DNA from: Candidatus Gottesmanbacteria bacterium
GTDB lineage: Bacteria; Patescibacteriota; Microgenomatia; UBA10105; UBA927
Reading direction: 5' to 3'
Assembly (NCBI GenBank): GCA_023245355.1
Contig: JAHFKN010000001.1
Coordinates: 268,596-332,595, forward strand
Length of the DNA: 64,000 nucleotides
Shown here: positions 37,448-48,184 of the stretch, piece by piece
How the letters are laid out: each line of letters begins with the position of its first letter
How positions within the stretch are numbered: position 1 is the stretch's first letter
Program-made: the position numbers and the translations under genes
The notes under the pieces: model-generated
Told to the model about the DNA's origin: nothing
Database searches by the model: none
What the model saw: only the letters and a program-made list of their open reading frames with translations

Positions 37448-37696
37448 TTATTGTACCTGATGGGGCTTCAAAGATGAAATGACGATAAACGTGATAAAAA
37501 ATGCCGCTGCGTACCAGGTAAGCCGCTCAGCGGTAAAAAACGTCCAGGTCGCAAACAACGGTATGGCAAGGGTAAGACTCGCCAGTCCTGCAATAACCAG
37601 CAGTCGGGGTTTACGAACCCCCAGCAGCGCGCCCAAAATAAGAAAAAACAATATATCCTGAGGCTTCATTTCGTTACAGCGCTTTATAATAGGCAA
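37448..37696 (-). CDS. Small hypothetical membrane protein
   Basis: 82 aa, 2-3 predicted TM segments, no recognisable family; start overlaps downstream gene end. Confidence 0.35.
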   Translation of the reverse strand: MPIIKRCNEMKPQDILFFLILGALLGVRKPRLLVIAGLASLTLAIPLFATWTFFTAERLTWYAAAFFITFIVISSLKPHQVQ

Positions 37697-38615
37697 TGGT
37701 TAGCTTGAGTCCTGCATCGACAGGTACCACCGGCGCCCACCCCAACAGCTTCTTCGCTTTGGAAATATCGGGTTTGCGCTGCGTCGGATCATCTGCCGGC
37801 AGATCCTTATGTGCTGTCTCTGACGCGGACTCTGTCATCGTTTTTATTTTGGTCGCCAAATCTACCATCGTGTATTCCTCAGGGTTTCCGAGGTTTACGA
37901 CTTCGCCTTTGGTTTGTTCTTTCTCCATAAGAGAAATAAGACCGGAAACCATATCGCTTACGAAACAAAATGACCGTGTCTGTTTGCCGTCTCCGTATAT
38001 TGTGATCGGCTCACCTTTGAGTGCCTGATTTACGAAATTGGATATCACCCGTCCGTCATCGGGCCGCATCTTCGGGCCGTAGGTATTGAATATCCGGGCG
38101 ATCCGGGCGTCGACGCCGAATTTACGCACGTATAGCATTGTCATCATCTCGCCGAACCGTTTGGACTCGTCGTAACATGCGCGAACGCCGTTAGGATTCA
38201 CATTGCCCCAATATGTTTCCTTCTGCGGATGCTCCTTGGGATCTCCATACACTTCCGACGTGGACGTAAAAAGAAACTTGGCGCCATGTGCTTTCGCAAC
38301 CTTGAGGAGCGCTCTCGTGCCGACGGTGTTAACGAGCGCCGTCTCCTCCGGATAATTCTGATAATCCGGAACCGACGCGGGTGAGGCCAGATGATAGATA
38401 TAATTGATCGGCCCCAGCACCGGCAGCTCGTTGATGACGTCGTATTTTATAAACGTAAAATCCGGATGCTTGCTGGCCTCACGGAGATTATTTTCGTTTC
38501 CGGTCAGCAGGTTATCGAGGGCAAACACTTTATAGCCTTTACTGAGCAATGCATCGACAAGATTGCTGCCGATAAATCCGGCTCCTCCGGTTACTATGCA
38601 TATTTTTTTATTCAT
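37674..38615 (-). CDS. UDP-glucuronate decarboxylase (UDP-xylose synthase, UXS)
   Basis: CIVTGGAGFIGSN, ASPASV, NPNGVRACYDESKRFGEMM, NTYGPKMRPDDGRVISNF - motifs diagnostic of UXS/ArnA-decarboxylase clade. Confidence 0.85.
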   Translation of the reverse strand: MNKKICIVTGGAGFIGSNLVDALLSKGYKVFALDNLLTGNENNLREASKHPDFTFIKYDVINELPVLGPINYIYHLASPASVPDYQNYPEETALVNTVGTRALLKVAKAHGAKFLFTSTSEVYGDPKEHPQKETYWGNVNPNGVRACYDESKRFGEMMTMLYVRKFGVDARIARIFNTYGPKMRPDDGRVISNFVNQALKGEPITIYGDGKQTRSFCFVSDMVSGLISLMEKEQTKGEVVNLGNPEEYTMVDLATKIKTMTESASETAHKDLPADDPTQRKPDISKAKKLLGWAPVVPVDAGLKLTIAYYKAL

Positions 38616-38641
38616 ACCGTATATTATACACGCCCGCGTGG

Positions 38642-41617
38642 TTACTTCAGTATGAGCGGTACTAACACCTGATACATTTTATCTGCAAGCTTTGCCTGGC
38701 TTTGTGGTGACGGATGCACCACATCCTGTAAATCGGAAGTATCCAACCAGGTATACGGATCGATATATGAAATACCCTTTAGAGAAGCTTCTGCCCGTAT
38801 CGCATTGCTGTATGAACGGATTTCCTGTTCAGAAAAATCCTTCCTCCGCAATAATCCGACGGCGATGATGCGCGTAGAGGGAGTTTCTTCCCGTATCCGT
38901 GACAGTAATGCCGCATAATTCGAACGGAATACATCAAGCGGAACCGTATGAGCCAGATCGTTGGTACCCATAAATATGAGCGCAATGTCGGGTTTGAATA
39001 CGCTTATATCGGTGCTGACACGAAGCAAAGCTGAATCCCATCCTGCAATCGGCGAAACGGACGAACCGAATATACCCGCATTATGAACTCTGTATCCTAA
39101 TTGCTTGGCAAGCATATACGAATAATTGTTTGGCCCGAACGAAGACGTGATCGAATCTCCTAAAATTGCCATGACCGGTTTTTCCAAATCCTCCGGAGGC
39201 ATCACGATGCTTCCTTTATCCGCCGATAATTTCCTGACACGCACATCACACGGCACCATTGCACTACTGCAGATTACCCGCGCCGTTACGGGCACCGGCT
39301 CTTTTGACGGTAACGGTATATCAAGGCGTTTGTTACTAAACGGAGATGCGAGTGTATACACTGCATCCCCGATGTGTAGCTCCAGCATCTGTTCGTCCGG
39401 CACGGTATTTACGCCATCTGCTTCAACACGCAGCATCGTCGCATTTTTCAACCGGAATGATACTTCGCTTCCCCCAAATCGGGAGCTTACCATTTGCTCT
39501 CCTGTTATCGGATGAATGAACCGCATCCACTCTGAAGAATACCGAGTGGCGGGACTATTCAACACATCGGATTCCTGAGGAAGAAAACGGTATGCACTAA
39601 ACATTATTCCTGCTAAAACGACGACCATCGCTCCCTTGCCCGCTATGTTCCTTATCCGTCTGTTTCTCATCAGGAAAAACAGCAGAAGAATCAAAAGTGC
39701 GATTCCCGTGCCCCGATACGACCATACCAGCAGTAATTCTTTGGAATACCAGACGGAAACCCTGCTCGTGTAGTTGGAATCGATTACAAAGCTATTCAGT
39801 CCATCTTTCGTTTTTCTGCTCCGGATATATGATTCACCATCCCAGAGTTTCCATGACGGGTCAAAGCTTTCGGAAAATATAAGTTCTACCGGCCGGTTAG
39901 ATGTGTTGATGTTGACCGTATACAACGTCGAACGAACGCGCTGCTCCTGCTGCCGTTCCAGATCAAAATTTTCCAATTCGCGGTAAAAATGTCCGGCGGG
40001 TTTTGCGTATTCATATACCGCAAGTCCGGTAAACTCGGGCAAACGCGTCATGTATGGCACCGTATCCAGCGCTTTCACCATGCGTTCCCGGAGCAAGGGG
40101 TCATACGACCGGTCGGTCAAAAATATCTCCCCCATCGAGTCCTCGGGGATTACAATATATTTAATGGAATACGACCGGATCAATTGTTGCGCTGACGGGT
40201 CAGTGAGTTCTGAAATAATCGCTTCCGGATCACTTGTTTTAAACACATCGCTGGCATTTATAAGCGGATGATGCTCCGACTGAAACACGAACCGCTGTCT
40301 CCAGGGAACGGCGAGTATACGGCTAAATCCCTGATCCGACACGGCCAGCTGTTCAAACCGGGTATAATCTGAAGCGACAGTCACAGTTCCGAATGTGCCT
40401 CGCACTTCGCCTTTCCAAAACGGCAGCAGTAACAGCATCCAGAAAGCCAGGAACGCCGGGAGCACATATGCCGAGTGATACTTCTTTACCTTGCCCAATA
40501 CCATTTCGATACTTCCGACGGCATAGGGCAACAGCACCGAAAACGACAGCGCCGTCAACAAATAAAATTTCGTAGGATCGCGGAATCCGCTAAACAAGGG
40601 AAGATGCGTAAACGCCCAGTTATACACCTGTCCGAACGGAGGATTTACTCCTTTTGCAAAAAACGCGCCGATCAGGGCGAGCATCACAAAAAAACGGTAC
40701 TGACCATGCTCATGCGTTTTCTCCTGACGTGTAAAAACAAGCGGAAGCATGGCAATAAACGGCAACAGCAGAAATTCCGGACGCATAAAATATGTTTTTC
40801 CGAATATATTCTCCGGCCAGTTAGGATGGAGAAGCGACAGTGTCTTGGAAAATTCCGCCCAACTTAAATATGACAGCCATCCGGGATCACCATAGCCGGC
40901 CGGCAATCCGAACGACGGAGCGGCCATAAGCGGGATAAACCAAAACAGATTTGCTGCAATGATCCAGAGAGCAGGGACTATATACATACGCGCCGTGGCT
41001 ATCCAGCGTGATGCAGGAATGCGTATTACGGCATACAACACTAGTGCGGCATAGAGAAGATATGCGTAGCGTATGTCAAAAATAATAAACGCGACGGATG
41101 CGATGGTAAAAAGCAGCGTGTTTCCGCGGATGAAACTGCCCAGCACAAACGGAGCCGCCGCATACGCCATCATAAGTCCGACCTGACCGCCGCCTGAAAT
41201 CATGAGTATGTAGGTATTCGTCATGTATACCAATGCGCCGATAGCAGCCAGCTTGCGTTCTTTTATGACCGACTTTACAAAATAATATGCTCCCGATAAT
41301 CCGAAAAATAAAAACGGCCAGAAAAACATGATGCGCATGGCAATCAGCCATGGGATATGAAAAACGGATACGAGGAGCCGGATTCCGACATGCAGGTAGC
41401 TATCAAGGTTCAGAATATGAAACGTACTCCCGCCCAACCCGTTCCCTGCCACCTCGCTCCATGCAAGCGGAAGCCAGGTAAAATCTCCGAGCCGCTGGGG
41501 ATATAAAAACGTGAAGTCGGGAGCGCTCAGTATTCCGCCTTTAAACCACCGGAGGTACACCGCTGTGACAATTCCAAGGCACGCCAATTTAACAAAAATC
41601 GGGATACGGAACTTCAT
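38642..41617 (-). CDS. Giant (991 aa) YfhO/AftD-like GT-C membrane module fused to C-terminal SGNH/GDSL hydrolase domain
   Basis: N-terminal ~560 aa polytopic. Then a periplasmic beta-rich segment with [16 protein letters not shown]...SFVIDSNY...[13 protein letters not shown] and TM (YfhO-type C-terminal signature). Then ILGDSITSS (block I), GTND (block III), DVVHPS (block V) SGNH motifs. Confidence 0.6.
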   Translation of the reverse strand: MKFRIPIFVKLACLGIVTAVYLRWFKGGILSAPDFTFLYPQRLGDFTWLPLAWSEVAGNGLGGSTFHILNLDSYLHVGIRLLVSVFHIPWLIAMRIMFFWPFLFFGLSGAYYFVKSVIKERKLAAIGALVYMTNTYILMISGGGQVGLMMAYAAAPFVLGSFIRGNTLLFTIASVAFIIFDIRYAYLLYAALVLYAVIRIPASRWIATARMYIVPALWIIAANLFWFIPLMAAPSFGLPAGYGDPGWLSYLSWAEFSKTLSLLHPNWPENIFGKTYFMRPEFLLLPFIAMLPLVFTRQEKTHEHGQYRFFVMLALIGAFFAKGVNPPFGQVYNWAFTHLPLFSGFRDPTKFYLLTALSFSVLLPYAVGSIEMVLGKVKKYHSAYVLPAFLAFWMLLLLPFWKGEVRGTFGTVTVASDYTRFEQLAVSDQGFSRILAVPWRQRFVFQSEHHPLINASDVFKTSDPEAIISELTDPSAQQLIRSYSIKYIVIPEDSMGEIFLTDRSYDPLLRERMVKALDTVPYMTRLPEFTGLAVYEYAKPAGHFYRELENFDLERQQEQRVRSTLYTVNINTSNRPVELIFSESFDPSWKLWDGESYIRSRKTKDGLNSFVIDSNYTSRVSVWYSKELLLVWSYRGTGIALLILLLFFLMRNRRIRNIAGKGAMVVVLAGIMFSAYRFLPQESDVLNSPATRYSSEWMRFIHPITGEQMVSSRFGGSEVSFRLKNATMLRVEADGVNTVPDEQMLELHIGDAVYTLASPFSNKRLDIPLPSKEPVPVTARVICSSAMVPCDVRVRKLSADKGSIVMPPEDLEKPVMAILGDSITSSFGPNNYSYMLAKQLGYRVHNAGIFGSSVSPIAGWDSALLRVSTDISVFKPDIALIFMGTNDLAHTVPLDVFRSNYAALLSRIREETPSTRIIAVGLLRRKDFSEQEIRSYSNAIRAEASLKGISYIDPYTWLDTSDLQDVVHPSPQSQAKLADKMYQVLVPLILK

Positions 41618-42210
41618 GGACGTTTTTTGATTTCTCTTGCCGGATTACCGACGACAATCATATATGGCTTCACGCTCTTCGTTACGACAGAGCCGGCACC
41701 GATTACCGCTCCCTTACCGATTCTGACACCGGGAAGAATGATGCAGTGCGCACCAATCCAGACATCATCTTCTATCACGACAGGAGCCGACGTGCACCCC
41801 TGCAGATTTATGGGAACATCACGCTTGGAAAAATTATGATTAAAATCCGTAATGAAGCTATATGCGGATATCTGTACGTGATTGCCTATCTCTATCAGCT
41901 TTTGAGCAGTGATAAAACAATTGTCGTCAATGAGAACGTCCGAGCCGATGCTGACATGCCCGCCGTATCCTGCATCGACACGAGTACATCTTCCGAACCG
42001 CACATTATCTCCGACGCGGATATGCTTTTTATGACTTTGAAAAAAACTATTACTGCCGCCCAAAAACACATCAGCGGACATATCAAAACCACGAAAGTTT
42101 AGTAATACTACATGTATGCGTGAGCAAATAAACTTTATCAACCATTTTGTGGCATGAAAAATAAGTTCAATGTATCCTTTTCTCGCTGTAATTTGTACGG
42201 TGCTGCTCAT
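41614..42210 (-). CDS. Left-handed beta-helix (hexapeptide) acetyltransferase
   Basis: Hexapeptide repeats [31 protein letters not shown]..., [30 protein letters not shown]. Confidence 0.7.
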   Translation of the reverse strand: MSSTVQITARKGYIELIFHATKWLIKFICSRIHVVLLNFRGFDMSADVFLGGSNSFFQSHKKHIRVGDNVRFGRCTRVDAGYGGHVSIGSDVLIDDNCFITAQKLIEIGNHVQISAYSFITDFNHNFSKRDVPINLQGCTSAPVVIEDDVWIGAHCIILPGVRIGKGAVIGAGSVVTKSVKPYMIVVGNPAREIKKRP

Positions 42211-42213
42211 AAA

Positions 42214-42600
42214 CTATTTGCGTAACTCTACTACCATTTTGATAAACACATACCACAACATAAAATAAACAATATTAGCTATTGAATCGACAAGGCTGCT
42301 ATTCAAACCCAGCGCAGGAATGATTGACACAACTAAAGCAACTAATATGCCAATCATAATTGTGCTATGTTTAATCGAAAAAAGCGACATCGCAATAAAT
42401 ACCAATATGAGGTGATATAAAAACGGTGAAATAAGCAGGTTGATATACGGTATTTGGATATATAACCTTAGAACAAACACTGCGACGACAAACAATTCAA
42501 GTTCGATCAAATGTTGCTTAATATAGATCCAAAGATTTTCAAAAAAAAGAAGCTGGCCGGAAAGCAATACTTGCTTGTATCTTTCTATTTTATTCTTCAT
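42214..42600 (-). CDS. Hypothetical small polytopic membrane protein (AT-rich island)
   Basis: 128 aa, 3-4 TM, no recognisable family; about 35-38% GC versus about 52% elsewhere. Confidence 0.35.
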   Translation of the reverse strand: MKNKIERYKQVLLSGQLLFFENLWIYIKQHLIELELFVVAVFVLRLYIQIPYINLLISPFLYHLILVFIAMSLFSIKHSTIMIGILVALVVSIIPALGLNSSLVDSIANIVYFMLWYVFIKMVVELRK

Positions 42601-45600
42601 ATATTTTTGCGTTTTATAACCATAAAAATGATTATTCCGATAATCCCGACGACTGTAACAAGTACGCCTTTATAGAAGAGGGACTGGGGATAAAATTCTA
42701 GTATAAGACTCTTTGCTGGCTTCTCTTTCAGATACCAGGCATTTGCATATCCATTTACCTGCATGTGCATGTTTTCCTCATATGTTGGCGGCCTCCAGCG
42801 TGTTATAACTTCCAGAATATTACCGGTTGAATCAATCGGGCTCAATCTCCACAATCCATTGTAATTTTCATTAAATACCAACACGAGGGGAAATGTTGCC
42901 CGGGAAAGATCGACGACATATTTCGTTTGATTAATCCTGGTGTAGGAAATATTCTGATGAACCTGCTTTTCACCCGTGCCGTTATGAATATATAGCGTTG
43001 GTTTGACTATTTCGTGAACGGAAACGCTATCCTTCAGAACGGTTTCTTCGTCGCCTATAGTGACACACTGGTATATATACGCCCCCGTGTCACCGTCTGA
43101 ACCGGAAAAATATCTTTCTTGTGGTGTCGATTTATAACGGCTGAAATTATACGCATAATCTGGTATAACGACATCATCGTCAATTGAAAATGTATCCGAA
43201 TTGATTTTGTTTTTTCTCAGATAAAACTGCGTGCTGGACGAAAGTGCGGAAGCGTTATTAATAACTAACCGATACGTACGCTCCCAATCAAAACCCTGTA
43301 TTTGCGATATCTGACACATCTGTTTCCGCGAATCAATTGTGACGGCCTTCCTTGTGGTTTCACTTAAAAGCGACTGGCGTTTCGGGAATATAAGTGTTAC
43401 CAACTCCTTTGGTTTCGCTTCATATGCACCCAATTCAAACCGATCTGATAGTGGATTCTTCGCAATTCCCGAAAGGTCGACAAAGCGATTCCCTATCATC
43501 ATGCCAATCGGTAAAACCCTCTTCCCGTCTGTTCCCGTGGCAAGGGTTAGCGGATCCAGATAAAATATCCCCTCAGATTTCTCATCGGGAAGCCGATAAA
43601 CCGCACGATCGTCGTAGACGTTCTTCAATGTTTCGATGCGTTTGATTACTACACCAAGTTGTTTCTGGAATAGAAGAGTCGCTGTTGTATATTTTGGACT
43701 ATTGCCAAGCATTTTATTTACAATTCGATCCTCTGACATAGCGAAGTCATATATACGCGCCACCACATCGATAGCCTCCGGAGAATCGAGGCTTGACGGC
43801 ATAAGAATCTGGACTGAATCCCACTGCTCTGTCAATTCTGCTATCACCGGTAATAATGCATCCGCGTCAACATTCCGCTCTCCAAGACTTGCCAGTTCGG
43901 AAATTCTCTTCAGCGACAAGCCTAGACGATGAGAAATTTTCGTTTCGACGGAAGCGGTATTTTCATCCGGAGTTTTTTCCCTCCATCGCTTTATGCGATA
44001 CAGGAGGGATCCAGGTAAAATACTTGTATAGCGAGGGACAATATCTGCTTCCTGCTTTTGCAACTCACATGTAAAGCAGGCTACACCGCTGATTACATCA
44101 CGTATGGGGAGCGACTCAAAAGAGGGATTAACAATAGATTTACCTACTATTTGCTGCAGAATAAAGTCTGTCGTGCCCCACAAAACGGCTCCCACCGCGT
44201 CTTTTGGCTGTCCGTTCAATTGTGTCAATCCAGAAACACTATAAATTTTATTTTTCGTGTACGTTGGAACTTGATATATCTGCCACGGTCCTTCATTCCA
44301 TACGAGAGGATATGTTTTCTTCTGTGATAACACATCTCTATACACATCAGGCGACTCACTGGGTATATCCGTGCTTTTATACGCTATATCTCCCGCCAGC
44401 AGAATATGTCTGATTTGAAAAAGCGTAAGCAGGTTACCTGCGAGTGTAGAATTACTCTGAATTTCTTTTGCGAGCCGGTTGAACATGGCTAACTGACTTT
44501 CATTAAGGTAATAAGAGTATTGAACGAATGGCTTTGGCCTTATAAGGTTAAGCGGGCTATATAAACTGAAATAATTCCAGCTAAATAATGCTGCTTTCCA
44601 TGTCGAATTAAAGCGAGGCAAAATAAGCGTTCTCCCCTCATCATCCAAATTATCCTTGCTCCATGAATCAAAAGATTCGATATAATCGGGAATCGTAAGT
44701 AACGTTGACAAATTCCTGTTGTAATAAAAAAAGCCACGCTGGAAATACGGGAAGTGATATAACAGTACCAAAACGAAAACTGCTGCAATCGCACTTGAGG
44801 AAAGTATTCTCCGTATGGCCGGACGGTAAAACGCAAAAAATTTACTTTCGGAAATTAGATAATTTATGGTAAATGAAATAAGGATTGCAAAGGAAAGCAG
44901 TAACGCAGGGATAAATTTATATTGGGCCGACCGAAAAACCACAAAACCCGGTACATAAAGCATGAAAAGCGAATATAGCCAACCCGTTGGGGGATGTGAT
45001 CCCGCGGAAAAGAAAATGCCCAATAAGGATAAACCGGTAAAATACAAAATAACTTTTTTCTGCTCAATCTGCCTGACCAAAAGCACCGCCGCATACGCAG
45101 CTGGAGCAAATAGCATACTGACAACAATCAATATTTTTTTCTGAAGAAACTGATTTGCATAAGGATGATACGGATTATCGTACCAATCCGGAAAACCCTG
45201 AAGCCGGAATAGATTGCTGACGCTCGTGTGAATGCTAACGGAATCCGTCCATTTCAGCACCGCGGCTTTTCCGCCTACAGCCTGCAACGTACTGTAATAG
45301 GTTGTTATCACATAATAGAGGAACGGAAATAACCAATAAGCATTGAGAAACAAGCTTGTTACAATCGCAACTCCTACAAATCGTGCCGATCGCTTATATA
45401 ATTCTTTTCGTTCACTCCCTGTGGCCAGAGCAATAAAATACACAAACACCATTACAAATGCAGTAAGTAAGCCCCCGAAAAGCGGAAGACTGAGGCCTCC
45501 CCCACCATTAAATAGGAATAACACTGCTGCGAGCAAAATTCCGGATCTTATCGTGTGCGACGATTTGCGCATGACACCAATACATATCATCACTGTAAGC

Positions 45601-46112
45601 GGAAGCGTGGTATATGCAGAGAATGTTGTTCCGGCGCCATACCTCCACAAAGCTAACAAATAAAAATTAAACACATACAAGAATGCTGCCAGCAAAGGGA
45701 ACCACCTATAACGGAAAATGTCACGCAGGGAAAATGCGAGCATATACATCCCGACTTGCATGGCAAAAAACCAAAACACAAACGTCACCCGCTCTGAGTC
45801 AGCTACCGATAGACCTATCCTGCTTGCCGCTGCCTGTATGGATAATATCGGAATCACGCTTATACTTGTGGTATTATCCAATCCGAAACTATCCTGACTA
45901 TTCCACGTAAAAAATCTGTTTTTATACGCCTCAATGACATTTATCGGATATCCCGAATCGTGTCCTGTTAGTATTTGACCATTCGGAATCCACAACAGCG
46001 GTATACAAGAAATAAATCCAATCACCACGATGTCGAATAATCTCGGAAGCGATTTTAAGAAAAATCTAGTCATATATTTTCTCGTTATAAACAAGCAGCA
46101 AACATCATACAC
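42597..46112 (-). CDS. Giant (1171 aa) AftD/YfhO-like GT-C membrane glycosyltransferase with large extracytoplasmic domain and C-terminal TM anchor
   Basis: N-terminal ~430 aa with about 12 TM. Then ~650 aa soluble region. C-terminal signature LVLVFNENYNGLWRL...NGYANAWYL...LEFYPQSLFYKG followed by a TM helix - the pattern seen in DUF3367/AftD and YfhO proteins. Markedly AT-rich. Confidence 0.55.
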   Translation of the reverse strand: MYDVCCLFITRKYMTRFFLKSLPRLFDIVVIGFISCIPLLWIPNGQILTGHDSGYPINVIEAYKNRFFTWNSQDSFGLDNTTSISVIPILSIQAAASRIGLSVADSERVTFVFWFFAMQVGMYMLAFSLRDIFRYRWFPLLAAFLYVFNFYLLALWRYGAGTTFSAYTTLPLTVMICIGVMRKSSHTIRSGILLAAVLFLFNGGGGLSLPLFGGLLTAFVMVFVYFIALATGSERKELYKRSARFVGVAIVTSLFLNAYWLFPFLYYVITTYYSTLQAVGGKAAVLKWTDSVSIHTSVSNLFRLQGFPDWYDNPYHPYANQFLQKKILIVVSMLFAPAAYAAVLLVRQIEQKKVILYFTGLSLLGIFFSAGSHPPTGWLYSLFMLYVPGFVVFRSAQYKFIPALLLSFAILISFTINYLISESKFFAFYRPAIRRILSSSAIAAVFVLVLLYHFPYFQRGFFYYNRNLSTLLTIPDYIESFDSWSKDNLDDEGRTLILPRFNSTWKAALFSWNYFSLYSPLNLIRPKPFVQYSYYLNESQLAMFNRLAKEIQSNSTLAGNLLTLFQIRHILLAGDIAYKSTDIPSESPDVYRDVLSQKKTYPLVWNEGPWQIYQVPTYTKNKIYSVSGLTQLNGQPKDAVGAVLWGTTDFILQQIVGKSIVNPSFESLPIRDVISGVACFTCELQKQEADIVPRYTSILPGSLLYRIKRWREKTPDENTASVETKISHRLGLSLKRISELASLGERNVDADALLPVIAELTEQWDSVQILMPSSLDSPEAIDVVARIYDFAMSEDRIVNKMLGNSPKYTTATLLFQKQLGVVIKRIETLKNVYDDRAVYRLPDEKSEGIFYLDPLTLATGTDGKRVLPIGMMIGNRFVDLSGIAKNPLSDRFELGAYEAKPKELVTLIFPKRQSLLSETTRKAVTIDSRKQMCQISQIQGFDWERTYRLVINNASALSSSTQFYLRKNKINSDTFSIDDDVVIPDYAYNFSRYKSTPQERYFSGSDGDTGAYIYQCVTIGDEETVLKDSVSVHEIVKPTLYIHNGTGEKQVHQNISYTRINQTKYVVDLSRATFPLVLVFNENYNGLWRLSPIDSTGNILEVITRWRPPTYEENMHMQVNGYANAWYLKEKPAKSLILEFYPQSLFYKGVLVTVVGIIGIIIFMVIKRKNI

Positions 46113-47412
46113 TCATCCTAGATGCATTACTATGACGGTGCTTCTGCATCTCATTAAACGCCCTAGTAAATTGTTGCTCCCACGTATTAGTACGAGCTAT
46201 TCTAATGGCTTCTTTACGCATACGCATATATGTTTGAGCATCGGATAACACCATTAATATTGCATTAGCGAAACTTTGTTCATCGTCATTCGCGAGTATT
46301 GCTGCACCTTGATCCGCCATTTCTTTGCCAAGAGGAGGAACCTTTGAACTGATAATAGGCAATCCCGCAGCACAATATGCTCGTATTTTTCCAGCATCTC
46401 CGTAATACCGCGGTGAGCCGGATATCGACCGGTACGGAGCAACAGCTATTGCACAAGACGTCATAATTTTAGACATTCTCGTTGCGTCGGGAATAAAACC
46501 ATGAAATATAACGGCCTCAATCTGATGATAATCCCGTATGATCGGCCGTAACCAGGCAAAAGTTTTTTCCGTTCCCCCTATAATATGGAGTGTTGCATCT
46601 TTAAATTTCTTCCTCACGAGTGCCAAAGCCCGTATTGCCACGTCAGGACCGTTTTCTGGTCCTAACGTGCCCATAAAAACAATGGAGTTAGGTATGACTT
46701 TGTTAAGAGGATTCACATGTATTTGGGACGGAAATAATCCGTTTGCAACATGAATAACCGGTGCCGCGCTATAACGGTTTAATCCTGCCTTGATACGCGC
46801 CGGATGTATCGCGCGGGAAACATCCCAGATATAATCTGCATGTTTTGCGCTGAATCGGTCGAATATCAGATACAGCGAATTGAACCACCTGTTCTTATAT
46901 CTGTTCGGTGAATAATCCGAAACGTAGTAGATCACCTTTTTCACTCTTCCTAACCTACGCAACATGATACCCGCCAATGTGTTGATACTTTCCAGACCGA
47001 TAAAATAATCGAATTGCGTTTTATCCCTGAGCGTCCAATCCATAATCGAAAGGAAGTCCCGTATCTTAAAAGAAATATGCGTGCCGTTGGTATTCCGTAA
47101 ATACAAAATGGGCTTAAGAAGCAGAAACCACCAGGAAGGTTTATACGGAATAAACTCGTGCTTTTTGTAGTAATACACTTCGATTTTGTGAAGTACGTCT
47201 TCACTGCTGGGAACAAGCTGGTCGATAAGCACCAGTTTTTTTATCCTCGGAACCAAAAAATCGCGAAGCGGTTCGACACTGCCGTTGGTCGGCATACGCT
47301 TACCGTTTGCCCATAAGGAAAATGTAGCAAACAATACAGACGTGTCTTTTGTAAGCCCGAGGTTAGCGTTTTTCATTCTTGATCCGTGCCCTCGCCTCTT
47401 CAACCATCGCAC
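46105..47412 (-). CDS. GT4-family glycosyltransferase with N-terminal extension
   Basis: C-terminal GT-B motifs AIAVAPYRSISGSPRYYGDAGKIRAYCAAGLPIIS; about 45% GC. Confidence 0.7.
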   Translation of the reverse strand: MRWLKRRGHGSRMKNANLGLTKDTSVLFATFSLWANGKRMPTNGSVEPLRDFLVPRIKKLVLIDQLVPSSEDVLHKIEVYYYKKHEFIPYKPSWWFLLLKPILYLRNTNGTHISFKIRDFLSIMDWTLRDKTQFDYFIGLESINTLAGIMLRRLGRVKKVIYYVSDYSPNRYKNRWFNSLYLIFDRFSAKHADYIWDVSRAIHPARIKAGLNRYSAAPVIHVANGLFPSQIHVNPLNKVIPNSIVFMGTLGPENGPDVAIRALALVRKKFKDATLHIIGGTEKTFAWLRPIIRDYHQIEAVIFHGFIPDATRMSKIMTSCAIAVAPYRSISGSPRYYGDAGKIRAYCAAGLPIISSKVPPLGKEMADQGAAILANDDEQSFANAILMVLSDAQTYMRMRKEAIRIARTNTWEQQFTRAFNEMQKHRHSNASRMSV

Positions 47413-48184
47413 GGATCCCGTCCCGAAGCTCGATAGTGGGTAACCACCCTGGGATACGTCCCCGGTTAGGTGAAGCTATAGGGTCATGACCGGTTTTGCT
47501 GCCCGGAACCACGACGGCTCCGGTAAAATCGGCAATCATGTTAGCGACATCGATGATCTGAGCCCATTCATAACTGCTGGCATCATACACGGTTTTCCGC
47601 AGCCCCTTGGAATGAAGCGCCATGTGAAATGCATTGGACAAATCCGTGATGTGAGTGAATTGCCGCCACTCGGCGCCGCTGGTCATCATGGTAATTTTTT
47701 TCGTTTTAAGGGCCTGGTAGATGAAGTCCGAAATCACATGGCTTTTCACATCTTCTCCCTCCATATACCCATACGCATTCCACACCCGCACGCATTTACC
47801 TCCCAAAAGGTCTGTCCACACCTCGCCCAGCCGTTTGGTCACTCCGTAGACCGTATCCACTTCTTCAGAAAGCTGGCTGGACACAAAAAGGAACGGTTTT
47901 TTGGCTTTTTCCAGCTGATCAAACACGTTTTTCATAAGAGCCAAATTCCAGTCAAGCTGATTTTTCTGAAGCTTCGGTTCGTAAAGATACTTGCTGCCTC
48001 CCACATCCCACGCGAGAAAATAGACGGCATCAGCCTTTGCCAACGGAAGTTGTGCTATCCGCGCATCTTCTTTTTCCGTACGCTTTATATCGAAACGGAT
48101 TACCGCTTCCCCTTTCGCTTCGAGGAACGCACAAAACGGCGTGCCGATAAATCCTTCTGAACCGATAACCAGATTTGTATTCAT
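47363..48184 (-). CDS. NAD(P)-dependent epimerase/reductase, short extended-SDR family
   Basis: VIGSEGFIGTPF Rossmann motif, YGVTK catalytic YxxxK; 273 aa. Confidence 0.65.
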   Translation of the reverse strand: MNTNLVIGSEGFIGTPFCAFLEAKGEAVIRFDIKRTEKEDARIAQLPLAKADAVYFLAWDVGGSKYLYEPKLQKNQLDWNLALMKNVFDQLEKAKKPFLFVSSQLSEEVDTVYGVTKRLGEVWTDLLGGKCVRVWNAYGYMEGEDVKSHVISDFIYQALKTKKITMMTSGAEWRQFTHITDLSNAFHMALHSKGLRKTVYDASSYEWAQIIDVANMIADFTGAVVVPGSKTGHDPIASPNRGRIPGWLPTIELRDGIRAMVEEARARIKNEKR

